Virus record (IMG/VR): IMGVR_UViG_3300030397_000422
Coordinates: 1-39,720 of that record
Direction: 5' to 3' (one strand)
DNA from: a virus
DNA length: 39,720 nt
This document shows, in pieces, positions 31,000-39,720 of the stretch; position 1 is the first letter of the stretch; each line of letters begins with the position of its first letter. The notes under the pieces are model-generated. The model saw nothing but the letters and a program-made list of their open reading frames with translations, did not search any database and had not been told where the DNA came from. The translations under genes were made by a program, and so were the position numbers.

Positions 31000-32651
31000 T
31001 GGCTACTGAAGCCCAACTAAATGAAGTCTATGCACTGATTCAGCAAGCCCTTGCTGATGGCACTGCTACGCCAGAGGAAGCTCAAGCCGCGCTGAGCCTT
31101 GCGACTCAATACAATGTATCGCCTCAGCGATTAGAGCTCATGGCTCAGGCTTCAGGTGTAGATTACTCTGAGCAAGATATTAGAAACACTATCGAGGCCC
31201 TAGAGCCCGATAACCCGATTCTGAATTTTGATCCCGGCGCAGTCGGTGACTATGGCTATGACTACACTGGTGGCGCTCCAGTCGATACGGGCGGCACAGG
31301 CGGTGGTACTGATACTGGCGGTACTGGTGGTGGCACAGGTGGTGTCACAATCGATCCGCGTACCGGCGCACCGGTTGCTCAGACCAATAATGATATCTAC
31401 GGCACTGGCACCCCTGCGGGTGGTGGCGGTGGTGGTGCAGGCCCTGGCTATATCCAGGGCACCGGCCAAGGTACAGGCGGCACTCCAAATGCCAGCGCAC
31501 CTGACTGGGCAGCACTCGAGCAGGCCAATGTAGAGCAGCAAACTGCGATCCAAAATTCGATATTCAATAACCCGAATATCTATGGCCCTGATGGTTCCAG
31601 CAGCGTAACAACATTCGGCCAGCTGCCGGATTACACCGCTTATGTGCAGAACAATCCTGACCTAATTGCCGACTTCAACAGTCCTGAAAACCCATTTACG
31701 GACATGGCCGCCTATGGCCAATGGCACTGGCAAAACCAGGGAAATGCAGAAGGAAGACAGTTACCCACAGGTTCTCCAGCGGATTTGGGGTACTTACAGC
31801 CCGAAGTACGCACAACCTTATCCCCAGAAGAGCAGGCCATATTTGACACTAATCAGCGCTCACGAGGCGCTATGGCTGCTATGGGTGAGCAGCAGCTGGG
31901 CAGCACTTACCAGGCGCTCAGCACCCCATTTGGCTTTGATGGCTTGCCTGATCCTTCACAGTATCTGGATGAATCCGGCTTTGCAGCACGGCCTACTGGC
32001 CTGGATGAGAGTAACGTCTCTGGCTACACCATTGACCCCACTATCGAGGGTTACCAGGCAGTGGCAGATGCCATATACGACCGTGAAGCGCCTTTCATCG
32101 ATCGCCAGCAAGAGCAGCTGGAGAATCAGCTACTGATCGAGGGACATAATCCGGGATCCGAAGCGTGGGCTGCTCGTATGGATGATTTCAACCGCCAGAA
32201 GAATGACCTGAGATTAGGTGCATTCCAGATGGCTGGTGACACTCAGGAGCGCTTGTTTGGCATGGAGGGTATGCGCCGTGGCCAGGATTTTGCTGAGGCG
32301 GGTGTGCGTTACGACATTGGTAACGATGTGCGTAATAACCAAATCGATGATATGGGCCTTCGATATGACTACACCACTGCCGACCGCAACCGTCAGATTG
32401 AAGAACAACTATTGCAGCGCCAGCAGCCACTTAATGAGCTGAATGCGCTGAGAACGGGCTCTCAGGTCACTATGCCTGGTATGAGCAATTACACCCCGTT
32501 TGGCTTTAATGCACCTGATATCGCTGGAGCTGAGCAGGAAGAGTACAACCGCTGGCTGACTGAGCGTAATCGCACAGATGCCCGCAAACAGGGTACCCGG
32601 CAGGCCATTGGCGGCATTGTGTCGGGTGCATTCAGTGGAGGATGGTTCTAA
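30999..32651 (+). CDS. Internal virion / ejection protein candidate 1 (550 aa)
   Basis: TAATG coupling. Gly/Thr low-complexity tract (GGTGGGTDTGGTGGGTGG...GGGGGGAGPG). Synteny with T7 gp14-16 / P22 gp7-20-16 positions. Confidence 0.45.
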   Translation: MATEAQLNEVYALIQQALADGTATPEEAQAALSLATQYNVSPQRLELMAQASGVDYSEQDIRNTIEALEPDNPILNFDPGAVGDYGYDYTGGAPVDTGGTGGGTDTGGTGGGTGGVTIDPRTGAPVAQTNNDIYGTGTPAGGGGGGAGPGYIQGTGQGTGGTPNASAPDWAALEQANVEQQTAIQNSIFNNPNIYGPDGSSSVTTFGQLPDYTAYVQNNPDLIADFNSPENPFTDMAAYGQWHWQNQGNAEGRQLPTGSPADLGYLQPEVRTTLSPEEQAIFDTNQRSRGAMAAMGEQQLGSTYQALSTPFGFDGLPDPSQYLDESGFAARPTGLDESNVSGYTIDPTIEGYQAVADAIYDREAPFIDRQQEQLENQLLIEGHNPGSEAWAARMDDFNRQKNDLRLGAFQMAGDTQERLFGMEGMRRGQDFAEAGVRYDIGNDVRNNQIDDMGLRYDYTTADRNRQIEEQLLQRQQPLNELNALRTGSQVTMPGMSNYTPFGFNAPDIAGAEQEEYNRWLTERNRTDARKQGTRQAIGGIVSGAFSGGWF

Positions 32652-33934
32652 TGCCACAGACCCGATATACAGACCCCTCGAACATTCTGAGCAAGCGCCG
32701 GCAAGCGCAGCAGCTGCGTAATCAGGTAGGAAACCAGAACTACACCAGCCCCTGGGCCATTGGTGCGGATATCGTAAATGCCATGGGTGGCTGGAATCAG
32801 GAGCGCCAGGCCAACAAGGCAGAGGCTGAAAACACCCGATTACTGCAGGATGAACTCGAGCAGATTCTATCCAGCCCAGGCAGCGTAAATGCCCCGGCTG
32901 ATGGAATGGGCCCTACATTCACTCCTGAGCACCCTGAGCTGCAAGAAGCGCTCTTAGGCCAGCAGCAGAGAATGCAACAGATTGAGGCTCAGCAGGCTGC
33001 CAGAGCACGCTATGGCACTGGCCAAGGCAACTTTAAGGGCCAACCAGTCACAGACGATACAGGCGCGGTGGTAGGTCATTATGTCCAAACTCCAACAGGT
33101 TTTGAGTATGTTCCCCTCGAAGGCGTACCAGAGGGCGGTCGGGTCAATCCAACTGGCTATATTGCTAATGCTGATCCTGGCCTGCGTGGTAGTGCTCGAA
33201 CTGAAGATGTATCTGACCTTGAAGCGGAGACGCCTGCGCTCGTTGATCGGGAAACTCAAATCCAAGGTGTCAGAACTGATGCCCAGGTAGCCAGCGCGAC
33301 CGGTACCGAGGCTGCAGCAGGTTACATGCGTATCCTGAATAGCCAGGTAGATGAGGTCTACGATGCTGCCGAAAATGCCCGTGGCCAGAAGCGTGCCATG
33401 GAGCGTATGCAGACTGCCCTGGCTAATGGTGCTGAAACCGGCCTTGGCGAAGAGACCATTTTGGACCTGAAACAGCTGGGAACTACCCTTTTTGGCGTGG
33501 AATGGGGCCCAGAAGTGGCAGAGCAGGAAGTGGTGCGATCGCTATCTAACCAGATGGCTCTGGTACTGCGTAATCCTGAGTCTGGCATGGGTCTGACTGG
33601 TAACACCTCAAACCGAGATTTGACGTTCTTAATGGACTCAGTGCCCGGCCTTGGCCGATCTGAGGAAGGTAACGCGCTGCTACTCGAGTACAGCATGAAA
33701 GCGGCTCAGGCCAAGATGGACCTGGCTGATGAAGTTACCCGAATTATCAGTGAAAACGGTGGTGTGACACCGCCTGACCTGAAGCAACAGATTTCCCAGT
33801 ATTGGGCTGAAAAAGAGATTTTCACCGATACTGAAATTGAGAAAGCGAAACAAATTGCAATGCTGGATGAGCAGACTGATGTGCAGACCCTGCCCGCCAC
33901 TGATACCACTGCCCCTGTACGAGTGCCCTGGTAA
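32651..33934 (+). CDS. Internal virion / ejection protein candidate 2 (427 aa)
   Basis: ORF-track start 32642 moved to ATG 32651 (TAATG overlap, GGAGGA 8 nt upstream). Q-rich helical protein. Confidence 0.45.
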   Translation: MPQTRYTDPSNILSKRRQAQQLRNQVGNQNYTSPWAIGADIVNAMGGWNQERQANKAEAENTRLLQDELEQILSSPGSVNAPADGMGPTFTPEHPELQEALLGQQQRMQQIEAQQAARARYGTGQGNFKGQPVTDDTGAVVGHYVQTPTGFEYVPLEGVPEGGRVNPTGYIANADPGLRGSARTEDVSDLEAETPALVDRETQIQGVRTDAQVASATGTEAAAGYMRILNSQVDEVYDAAENARGQKRAMERMQTALANGAETGLGEETILDLKQLGTTLFGVEWGPEVAEQEVVRSLSNQMALVLRNPESGMGLTGNTSNRDLTFLMDSVPGLGRSEEGNALLLEYSMKAAQAKMDLADEVTRIISENGGVTPPDLKQQISQYWAEKEIFTDTEIEKAKQIAMLDEQTDVQTLPATDTTAPVRVPW

Positions 33935-35832
33935 TGCCTGTACCTCGCAACATAATTACAGATGATGGAATCGAGCTTTTCGACATACCAGATGGTGTGA
34001 CCGAAGAGCAGGTGAAGGAACGATTGGCCCAAATACGGGCCGAGCGCAATTCTGGCTTGCCTGAGAATTCAGCGATTAAACGCGCTGAAAAGCGCCTTCT
34101 TGACCCTATGCAGAACGTCAAGGAAACCGCTGTAGCCAGTGGTGTCTCTCAGATTATGAATTTCCAAAGTGCGCCTAAGCGAGCAGCTGAGGGCGTTTTG
34201 GACATTCCTATTGGAGCATTCCAGCTGGGTGCGAATATCCCCGGCGCAATCACTGGTGACCCTGGGCAGCTCGAATTTGCCGATATGGTGAATCAGGTCA
34301 CTGCTGACCGAAATCAGGAAATTGACGATCGCCGTGCAGCGCGTGGTGAAATGGGTCCTAACATGGCTCGTGGCGTGGGTAACGTCATTGCTGGCCTTGG
34401 TATGGGCCCTCAGCAGCTTTCACAGTCACTGCCTGGCCAAATGACCCAGGGCGCGATCTACGGCTCCGCTGGTGCCACAATGTTGCCTACTGAGGTGGAA
34501 GACGATTATTGGGATGAAACCGCAGTAGATGCCCTGATGGGTGCTGGCCTGGGTACTTCTATCCCGCTGGCTCAGCGTGGCTGGTCTATGGCCCGAGAAT
34601 TCCTGCCTGGTAACTCTGAATACCGACAGTCTCGCCAATTAGCGAGCGCTGCAGGCGATAAATACGATGAGATTGTGGAAGAGCTCAGCAATCCGGTACC
34701 GGGTGAAACGGCCGCTCAGACAGCGACACCGGCCGGATCGACCACGTTCTCAGCACTCGAGACCCGTGCCCGTACCTTTGCACCTGATGATTTCGACTCT
34801 ATCTACCAGCAGCAGGCTGATGCCAATGTAGACCTGATCAATAGCATTGGGCGTCAAAATCCTGGCATGACTCTTAGCGACGATATAGCGGCAGCCACTA
34901 CGGCTCGCGCTCAGTCCTCTGGAGGCAACTACCGTGCGGCTTTCGACATGCCTATGCAGCCAACACCTGCTCTGGATGAGATTCTGTCCAGCCCACTGCT
35001 AACACCACAGATACGCAATAGTGCCACTCGATTGGCGCAGGCTGATGGCATCATGGTGGGTGATACGGTAACACCTGACAACCTGACAGCGATGCTGCAT
35101 TACACCAAGTTAGCCATTGATGATGCGCTAAGCGGTGCTGCAGGTCCTGGCCAGACTGCTCTGGGAGCCAATGAGAAGAGAATGCTGGGTGAATTGAAGG
35201 ATTCCCTGGTGGCTGAAATGCGTCTTGGTAATCCGATGTACGGCCGGGCTATGGATCGCCACGCTGAAATGAGCATCCCCATCGACCAAATGACCATTGC
35301 CCAGGCATTGGACGAAAAATTGACACCTGCGCTTGATGATTTTACTGAGGATGCCTTAGTGGCACGTCCTGGCAGCTTCGCTCAGGGCGTTAGACAGGGC
35401 CAGAACACTGTGCGGCAGGCCACTGGTACCGATCGCACCCTCGAGGACGTGATGGGCCCAGAGATGGCCAAAATCGAGCAAGTAGGGTCTAATGTGGCCC
35501 GTGATCAGAGAATGACTAACCTGGCCCGCCAGGGTGCTCCTGAAATAAATCGCCAAATAGGCGATATAGGTAGTTACCCCCGTGTTGGCTTGCTCGAGCG
35601 CAGCATGGTGGTCATTAACTCAATCCTCAGCAAAACCGGCACCACTCGTCGGCTGCAGACTATGCGTGATCTTGCGCAAACGATGCAGGATCCCGAAACC
35701 ACCAGACGAATTATGCAGCTTGCGAATCCCGAAGAGCGGGAATTCCTTGAACGCCTTGCAGGCGTGCTGCCTATGTTAAATCAGCAGTTACAAACTGACG
35801 CCTACGGCGAATTATCGCTCGCATTGGAGTAA
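33934..35832 (+). CDS. Internal virion / ejection protein candidate 3 (632 aa)
   Basis: TAATG coupling. Largest of the three. No lysozyme/transglycosylase motif seen by eye. Confidence 0.45.
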   Translation: MPVPRNIITDDGIELFDIPDGVTEEQVKERLAQIRAERNSGLPENSAIKRAEKRLLDPMQNVKETAVASGVSQIMNFQSAPKRAAEGVLDIPIGAFQLGANIPGAITGDPGQLEFADMVNQVTADRNQEIDDRRAARGEMGPNMARGVGNVIAGLGMGPQQLSQSLPGQMTQGAIYGSAGATMLPTEVEDDYWDETAVDALMGAGLGTSIPLAQRGWSMAREFLPGNSEYRQSRQLASAAGDKYDEIVEELSNPVPGETAAQTATPAGSTTFSALETRARTFAPDDFDSIYQQQADANVDLINSIGRQNPGMTLSDDIAAATTARAQSSGGNYRAAFDMPMQPTPALDEILSSPLLTPQIRNSATRLAQADGIMVGDTVTPDNLTAMLHYTKLAIDDALSGAAGPGQTALGANEKRMLGELKDSLVAEMRLGNPMYGRAMDRHAEMSIPIDQMTIAQALDEKLTPALDDFTEDALVARPGSFAQGVRQGQNTVRQATGTDRTLEDVMGPEMAKIEQVGSNVARDQRMTNLARQGAPEINRQIGDIGSYPRVGLLERSMVVINSILSKTGTTRRLQTMRDLAQTMQDPETTRRIMQLANPEEREFLERLAGVLPMLNQQLQTDAYGELSLALE

Positions 35833-35835
35833 ATC

Positions 35836-38388
35836 ATGGCAAGAGACGGCTCAGGTACTTATAACCTCCCAGCTGGCCAACCAGTAGTCACCAACACTGT
35901 AATCAGCTCGACCACGCACAATACGCTGGCGAGTGATATGGCTACTGCGCTCACCGGATCGGTTGCAAAAGACGGTCAAACCGTAATGACCGGCAATCTC
36001 GATATGGATGGCAATGGCATTATTCTCGACGGTGACGGTGATACCCGGGTCATAGCGAGCACGGACGATGTTATCGATGTGCGCCTGGGTGGTGTGGATC
36101 AAATCAAATTTGGCTGGGCCAAGACTAATAACAATGGCTTTGTGAACATTGACCCCGCTGCGGTCACTGCTGATGCTACTGAGAACACTCACCGCCTGGC
36201 GATCCACAACACCAATGCGATCACTATTCCTACTGGTACTACTCCCCTGGTCAGCTCGGTTTATCTTACTGAGCCAAACATTACTGCTACGGGTACTGTT
36301 ACTGATGCAGCGACATTAGCTATTGCTGGTGCGCCTACCGAGGGAAGTAATAACTACTCTCTATTAGTGCAATCAGGCAATGTGCGATTTGAAGGCGATT
36401 TAACTGTAGTCGGTACTGTCAATGCGTCTTTGAATAATGCGGTAGAGGATGCTGTCACTAATGCAGTAACTAATGTTGCGGATTTTGAGCACACCACTAC
36501 TGGCACGCCTGCCAATGGAATAGGGACAGGTATCACATTTACCACTGAGACCAGTGCCTCGAATAATGAAATTGGTTCAATCATTGAATCAGTCGCTACT
36601 GATGTAACAGCAACCTCTGAAGATTTCGATTTGGTCTTTAAGAATATGGCTGCTGGTTCGGCTGCGGCTGAAAAAGCCCGCATAACCTCTACCGGGGCTT
36701 TAGTATTAGCTGGCGGGTCCATCACAGACTCATCAGGTGCTATTAGCTTTGGTGACGAAAACCTAACCACCACAGGCACTCTTGCTGCTGGTGCCACTAC
36801 GATTACTGGGGCAATTACATCAACAGGAACAGGGCCGAGCCTCGTTCTTGATGATACCTCAACCTCTACACTACAACATCAATTCCGAAGCGGAAGCAAT
36901 AACTTGCTTATTGAGGCCGACATTAATGACGTTGAGGCTAGCACAGAAATACGTCTTGCTATAGACGGCACAGAAGTTGTTATTTTTGCTGCCAGCCAAA
37001 ACCAAATTGCACAAAGCACAATCATAGGCTCCACCTCTGTGACCCCAGACGGCACACTCCACGTACATACAGCTAGTGCTGGAAGTGTTACTGCAAACAC
37101 TGGCGCAAATACAGCTGTTTTTGAATCGGATGGGGTTAACGCTGGAATAAGCATTCTCGGGTTGGACACCTCAAACCAGAATATTTACTTCGGGTCTCCC
37201 TCAGACAACGCGGGTGCTCGAATTAGGTGGAATCTAAATGATGACCTGATGTCAGTTGGCACACTCAACGCGGGGGCCGAATTAAGGCTGCTAAGCGGTG
37301 ACGGAGTAACCAACCTCACCCTATCAGGTGCTAGTGGTAGTGAGTTAGCCACCTTTGCTGGTGATGTAGCTATTTCAGGTTCTTCATGTGATCTTACCAA
37401 CGCATCTAACCCAGAGTTCAAGGCCACTGATACAACTAATACAGTATCTGCAATCTTGCGGGCTGCTGACACAGCAGGGTCGGTAGGAACTAGCACCGCC
37501 CACACTTTTACCATAAAAACCGCGAATACCGATGCTATAACTATAGACACTTCCCAAAACGCCACCTTTGCTGGTGATGTTGATATTGCTGGCAGTATGG
37601 ACGCCGCAAATATGCGGATTAACTCTACTGGCCTGTTACTAAGCCATGCCTCAAACAACACGGGCGTCAGATACGGCGGAGGGGACACCGGACAGGTTCT
37701 TTTATACGGCGCAAACACGCTTTCAGGAACCTTTGGTGCTAATGGGATTACACTGGCTCCAAATGTAACCGCTCAATCTGACCTCACCCTCTCCGAAGGC
37801 AAGGTATCTATTACTGATACGGCTAATGAGATTGCGCTAAACATTGATAGCTCGGCAACCAACGTGTCAGCAATTCTTGTTGATGCCCCTACCGCAGATT
37901 TTGTTATTGATATACAAAACTCCGCAGGTGCTGCCCCTAACGGATTAAAAATAGATTTTACCGCCGCTTCACCAGATGATAATTCTGCTCAGTTTCTTCG
38001 TTGCTTAGATTCAACTACCAACCGCTGTATAATTTACTCAGACGGTGACATAGCCAACCATGACGGCACTTACGGCACAATCTCTGATCGGTTCTACAAG
38101 TCTGATATTCAGGATGCCCGCCCATATTGGGAAGATTGGAAGCGGATCCAGTTCCGCACCTTTACCAAAGGCGAAAAGAAGCAGTTTGGTGTCATTGCTG
38201 ATGAGCTGGAAGAGGTATTCCCAGCCCTGGTACACACCTCGCCGGATGAAAAACACCCCGATGGCAAGAGCCAGTGGGTTGATACGATGAATTTGAATCA
38301 TATTGGTGGTAAAGTGCTACAAGAGGCTTTATCGAAAATCGAGGCTCTGGAAGCGGAGCTGGAAAAATTGAAGAAAACAGTCCATTAG
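35836..38388 (+). CDS. Tail fibre/spike with C-terminal intramolecular chaperone (peptidase S74) domain (850 aa)
   Basis: N-terminus GTYNLPAGQPVVTNTVISSTTHNTLASDMATALTGSVAKDG is a typical fibre anchor. T/S/G/A/N-rich beta body with an internal duplication. The C-terminus from Ser750 (38083) is SDRFYKSDIQD...FGVIADELEEVFPALV...LNHIGGKVLQEALSKIEALEAELEKLKK, the S74 auto-cleaving chaperone pattern. Confidence 0.85.
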   Translation: MARDGSGTYNLPAGQPVVTNTVISSTTHNTLASDMATALTGSVAKDGQTVMTGNLDMDGNGIILDGDGDTRVIASTDDVIDVRLGGVDQIKFGWAKTNNNGFVNIDPAAVTADATENTHRLAIHNTNAITIPTGTTPLVSSVYLTEPNITATGTVTDAATLAIAGAPTEGSNNYSLLVQSGNVRFEGDLTVVGTVNASLNNAVEDAVTNAVTNVADFEHTTTGTPANGIGTGITFTTETSASNNEIGSIIESVATDVTATSEDFDLVFKNMAAGSAAAEKARITSTGALVLAGGSITDSSGAISFGDENLTTTGTLAAGATTITGAITSTGTGPSLVLDDTSTSTLQHQFRSGSNNLLIEADINDVEASTEIRLAIDGTEVVIFAASQNQIAQSTIIGSTSVTPDGTLHVHTASAGSVTANTGANTAVFESDGVNAGISILGLDTSNQNIYFGSPSDNAGARIRWNLNDDLMSVGTLNAGAELRLLSGDGVTNLTLSGASGSELATFAGDVAISGSSCDLTNASNPEFKATDTTNTVSAILRAADTAGSVGTSTAHTFTIKTANTDAITIDTSQNATFAGDVDIAGSMDAANMRINSTGLLLSHASNNTGVRYGGGDTGQVLLYGANTLSGTFGANGITLAPNVTAQSDLTLSEGKVSITDTANEIALNIDSSATNVSAILVDAPTADFVIDIQNSAGAAPNGLKIDFTAASPDDNSAQFLRCLDSTTNRCIIYSDGDIANHDGTYGTISDRFYKSDIQDARPYWEDWKRIQFRTFTKGEKKQFGVIADELEEVFPALVHTSPDEKHPDGKSQWVDTMNLNHIGGKVLQEALSKIEALEAELEKLKKTVH

Positions 38389-38397
38389 GAGATAACC

Positions 38398-38631
38398 ATG
38401 GAACTTTCCCCCGAAGAACAAGCCACGATCGATGCCAACAAGGCATTGGGTAAGGCTCGGCAGAACCTGGCTAACGAAGAAGCGAATCACGCTACTGTAG
38501 TGGCCGAGGAACGCGCTGAATGGCAGGTAAAGGAAGCTGAGAAGCGCCTGGCTAAGGCCCAGAAAGCAGTCACTGATTGCGAGAAGGACCTGGCTGATGC
38601 TGAGGCTGCCGAAGAAGCCGCTGCCGCCTAA
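38398..38631 (+). CDS. Small Ala/Glu-rich coiled-coil protein (77 aa)
   Basis: GGAGA SD. Entirely helical composition. Confidence 0.55.
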   Translation: MELSPEEQATIDANKALGKARQNLANEEANHATVVAEERAEWQVKEAEKRLAKAQKAVTDCEKDLADAEAAEEAAAA

Positions 38632-38656
38632 ACACTAACCACCACAAGGACAGACT

Positions 38657-38863
38657 ATGCAACTCACTATTAGCGAGCAGTCGTTTAACGTAATCAATCA
38701 GCTTATTCGCAGTGATGCGATTCAAATCTCAGCCAGCCAAGCCACTGCATTGGCAGTAGCTCAGCAGGAATTTAATGATGCCGGTGCGGCATGGTTAGAA
38801 AAGCAGCAGGCTGCAGAGAAGAAGAAGCAGGGCGCTAAGCCGAAAGATACGGACGAGAAGTAG
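38657..38863 (+). CDS. Small hypothetical protein (68 aa)
   Basis: AAGGA SD. Last gene of the rightward operon. Its stop lies 2 nt from the convergent stop at 38866. Confidence 0.55.
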   Translation: MQLTISEQSFNVINQLIRSDAIQISASQATALAVAQQEFNDAGAAWLEKQQAAEKKKQGAKPKDTDEK

Positions 38864-38865
38864 AG

Positions 38866-39648
38866 CTATTCACAGGCTGGTGCGGGGCCAAATTCCATGA
38901 CCTCCCACCGGCCTTGGTAGTTTTCCTCGATAGACCAGTAAAACCCTTCCTCTGACTCAAACAAAGCAGCCAGCTTCCCAGGTACCCACTGGCAAGGCGT
39001 GTAACGCTGCTTGCCCTCATCTACCAGCGTATTGGGCGGCCTCTCATAGCGGTTGCGCAGAAAATCCAAGGTCCTGAAGTCCCAATAGTCGATACTGGGA
39101 AACTTGTTCATAAGCGATGCTGGGCAATCTGGATCACAGCCTATCTCATCGAAATGCACACTAATGCCCAGGGCGTGCCCCAGCTCGTGCCGTATGATTT
39201 TGCGGCCTGAAGTCTTCACCCACAGCTCATTTATCCAGATATCAGCCCTGATCATCTGCTGACTGGTAGTGAACCACCTCGATCGGGTAACCCCCAGGGT
39301 CAGCTGCTCATCGTAGGTCACCTCCTGGCCATCCTCGACGTGGATCAACTCAGACTCGAGAAAGTTATCAAATGCGCAGTTCACCAGCAGATTAGTGGCT
39401 GAGTGTGAAGGGCTGGGAATGAATTGCACAGTGTGCGGGGAAATTTCCTCGATTATCTCTTCGAACCACGTCTCCCAGGGCGCATCAATTACCGCGCAGG
39501 GCTCCAGCTCGTAATAGATCGGTTTGGCCCAGTAGCGCTCACTAGCCTCTGCAGAATTGATCATCCACATAACTGCTGCCAGCAGTATGATGCAGATAAC
39601 AAAGCCCTCTCGGGCCCGCTGAGTTTCCTTTTTTCTGTCCTCTCTCAT
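38866..39648 (-). CDS. Exported matrixin/metzincin-like zinc metalloprotease (260 aa)
   Basis: ORF-track TTG 39660 moved to ATG 39648 (GGAGGA 4 nt upstream), which overlaps the stop of the lipoprotein gene (ATGA) across the circular join. Signal anchor FVICIILLAAVMWMINSAEA. HELGHALGISVH followed by PASLMNKFP resembles the MMP signature HExGHxLGLxH...ALMYP. Confidence 0.8.
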   Translation of the reverse strand: MREDRKKETQRAREGFVICIILLAAVMWMINSAEASERYWAKPIYYELEPCAVIDAPWETWFEEIIEEISPHTVQFIPSPSHSATNLLVNCAFDNFLESELIHVEDGQEVTYDEQLTLGVTRSRWFTTSQQMIRADIWINELWVKTSGRKIIRHELGHALGISVHFDEIGCDPDCPASLMNKFPSIDYWDFRTLDFLRNRYERPPNTLVDEGKQRYTPCQWVPGKLAALFESEEGFYWSIEENYQGRWEVMEFGPAPACE

Positions 39649-39720
39649 TGCATCCTCCAACCAATATGTTTTCTGGTGTCTTCCCAGCTTACCCCCAGGT
39701 TATGCACCTCGTGCAGGTGA
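39598..39720. repeat. Terminal redundancy copy 2 (exact duplicate of 1..123)
   Basis: See copy 1. Confidence 0.95.

Noticed and set aside
39424-39720. Plus-strand ORF running off the window end (98 aa)
   Set aside because: It is antisense to the metalloprotease gene, truncated only by the artificial end, and has no SD or recognisable sequence features.
35836-39720. Diversity-generating retroelement next to the tail fibre (as in BPP-1-like phages)
   Set aside because: There is no reverse-transcriptase-sized ORF, and I could see no template/variable repeat pair downstream of the fibre gene.
1-39720. tRNA, rRNA, CRISPR arrays, integrase/attP
   Set aside because: The intergenic space is minimal. 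None of the gaps (6689-6790, 7306-7618, 17242-17470, 17975-18366) shows a cloverleaf with a T-loop consensus or spaced direct repeats. No tyrosine or serine recombinase motifs appear in any listed ORF.

Overview
The window is a complete genome of a tailed, podovirus-like dsDNA phage. Bases 1-123 are an exact copy of 39598-39720, so the unique sequence is 39,597 bp and the contig closes on itself. A minus-strand gene pair is translationally coupled (ATGA) across the join. Layout: (i) A leftward early operon runs 6688->48 and continues through the join to 38866. It holds about 22 mostly small genes, including SSB, a Rad52-type annealase, an HNH homing endonuclease, several CxxC mini-proteins and two exported HExxH proteins. 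(ii) A divergent control region lies at 6689-6790. (iii) A rightward operon spans 6791-11400: Cro-like HTH, NinB-like, ASCH, HNH/Ref-like nuclease, then a lysis cassette (3-TM holin candidate, two TM+coiled-coil proteins, T7-lysozyme-type amidase, a PLA2-motif protein, a lipoprotein) and RusA. (iv) A leftward island runs 17241->11359: PAPS-reductase/DndC-like enzyme, ArdC-N::N6A-methyltransferase fusion, DUF932, and an RHH protein coupled to a second N6A-methyltransferase. A covarying hairpin repeat sits directly after two of its stop codons. (v) A rightward morphogenesis operon spans 17471-38863: TerS, TerL, portal, scaffold, major capsid, decoration candidate plus strong terminator, adaptor/nozzle candidates, three large ejection-protein candidates, and a tail fibre with a C-terminal S74 chaperone domain. 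I recognised no tRNA, rRNA, CRISPR array, integrase, DNA polymerase, primase or helicase. The best candidate for an undescribed system is island (iv), a plasmid-leading-region-like anti-restriction / DNA-modification module with its own repeated RNA structure. Secondary candidates are the exported metzincin + HExxH lipoprotein pair, the PLA2-motif gene in the lysis cassette and a Tat-signal protein inside the packaging module. All functional calls come from motif reading by eye and synteny; no database search was run.
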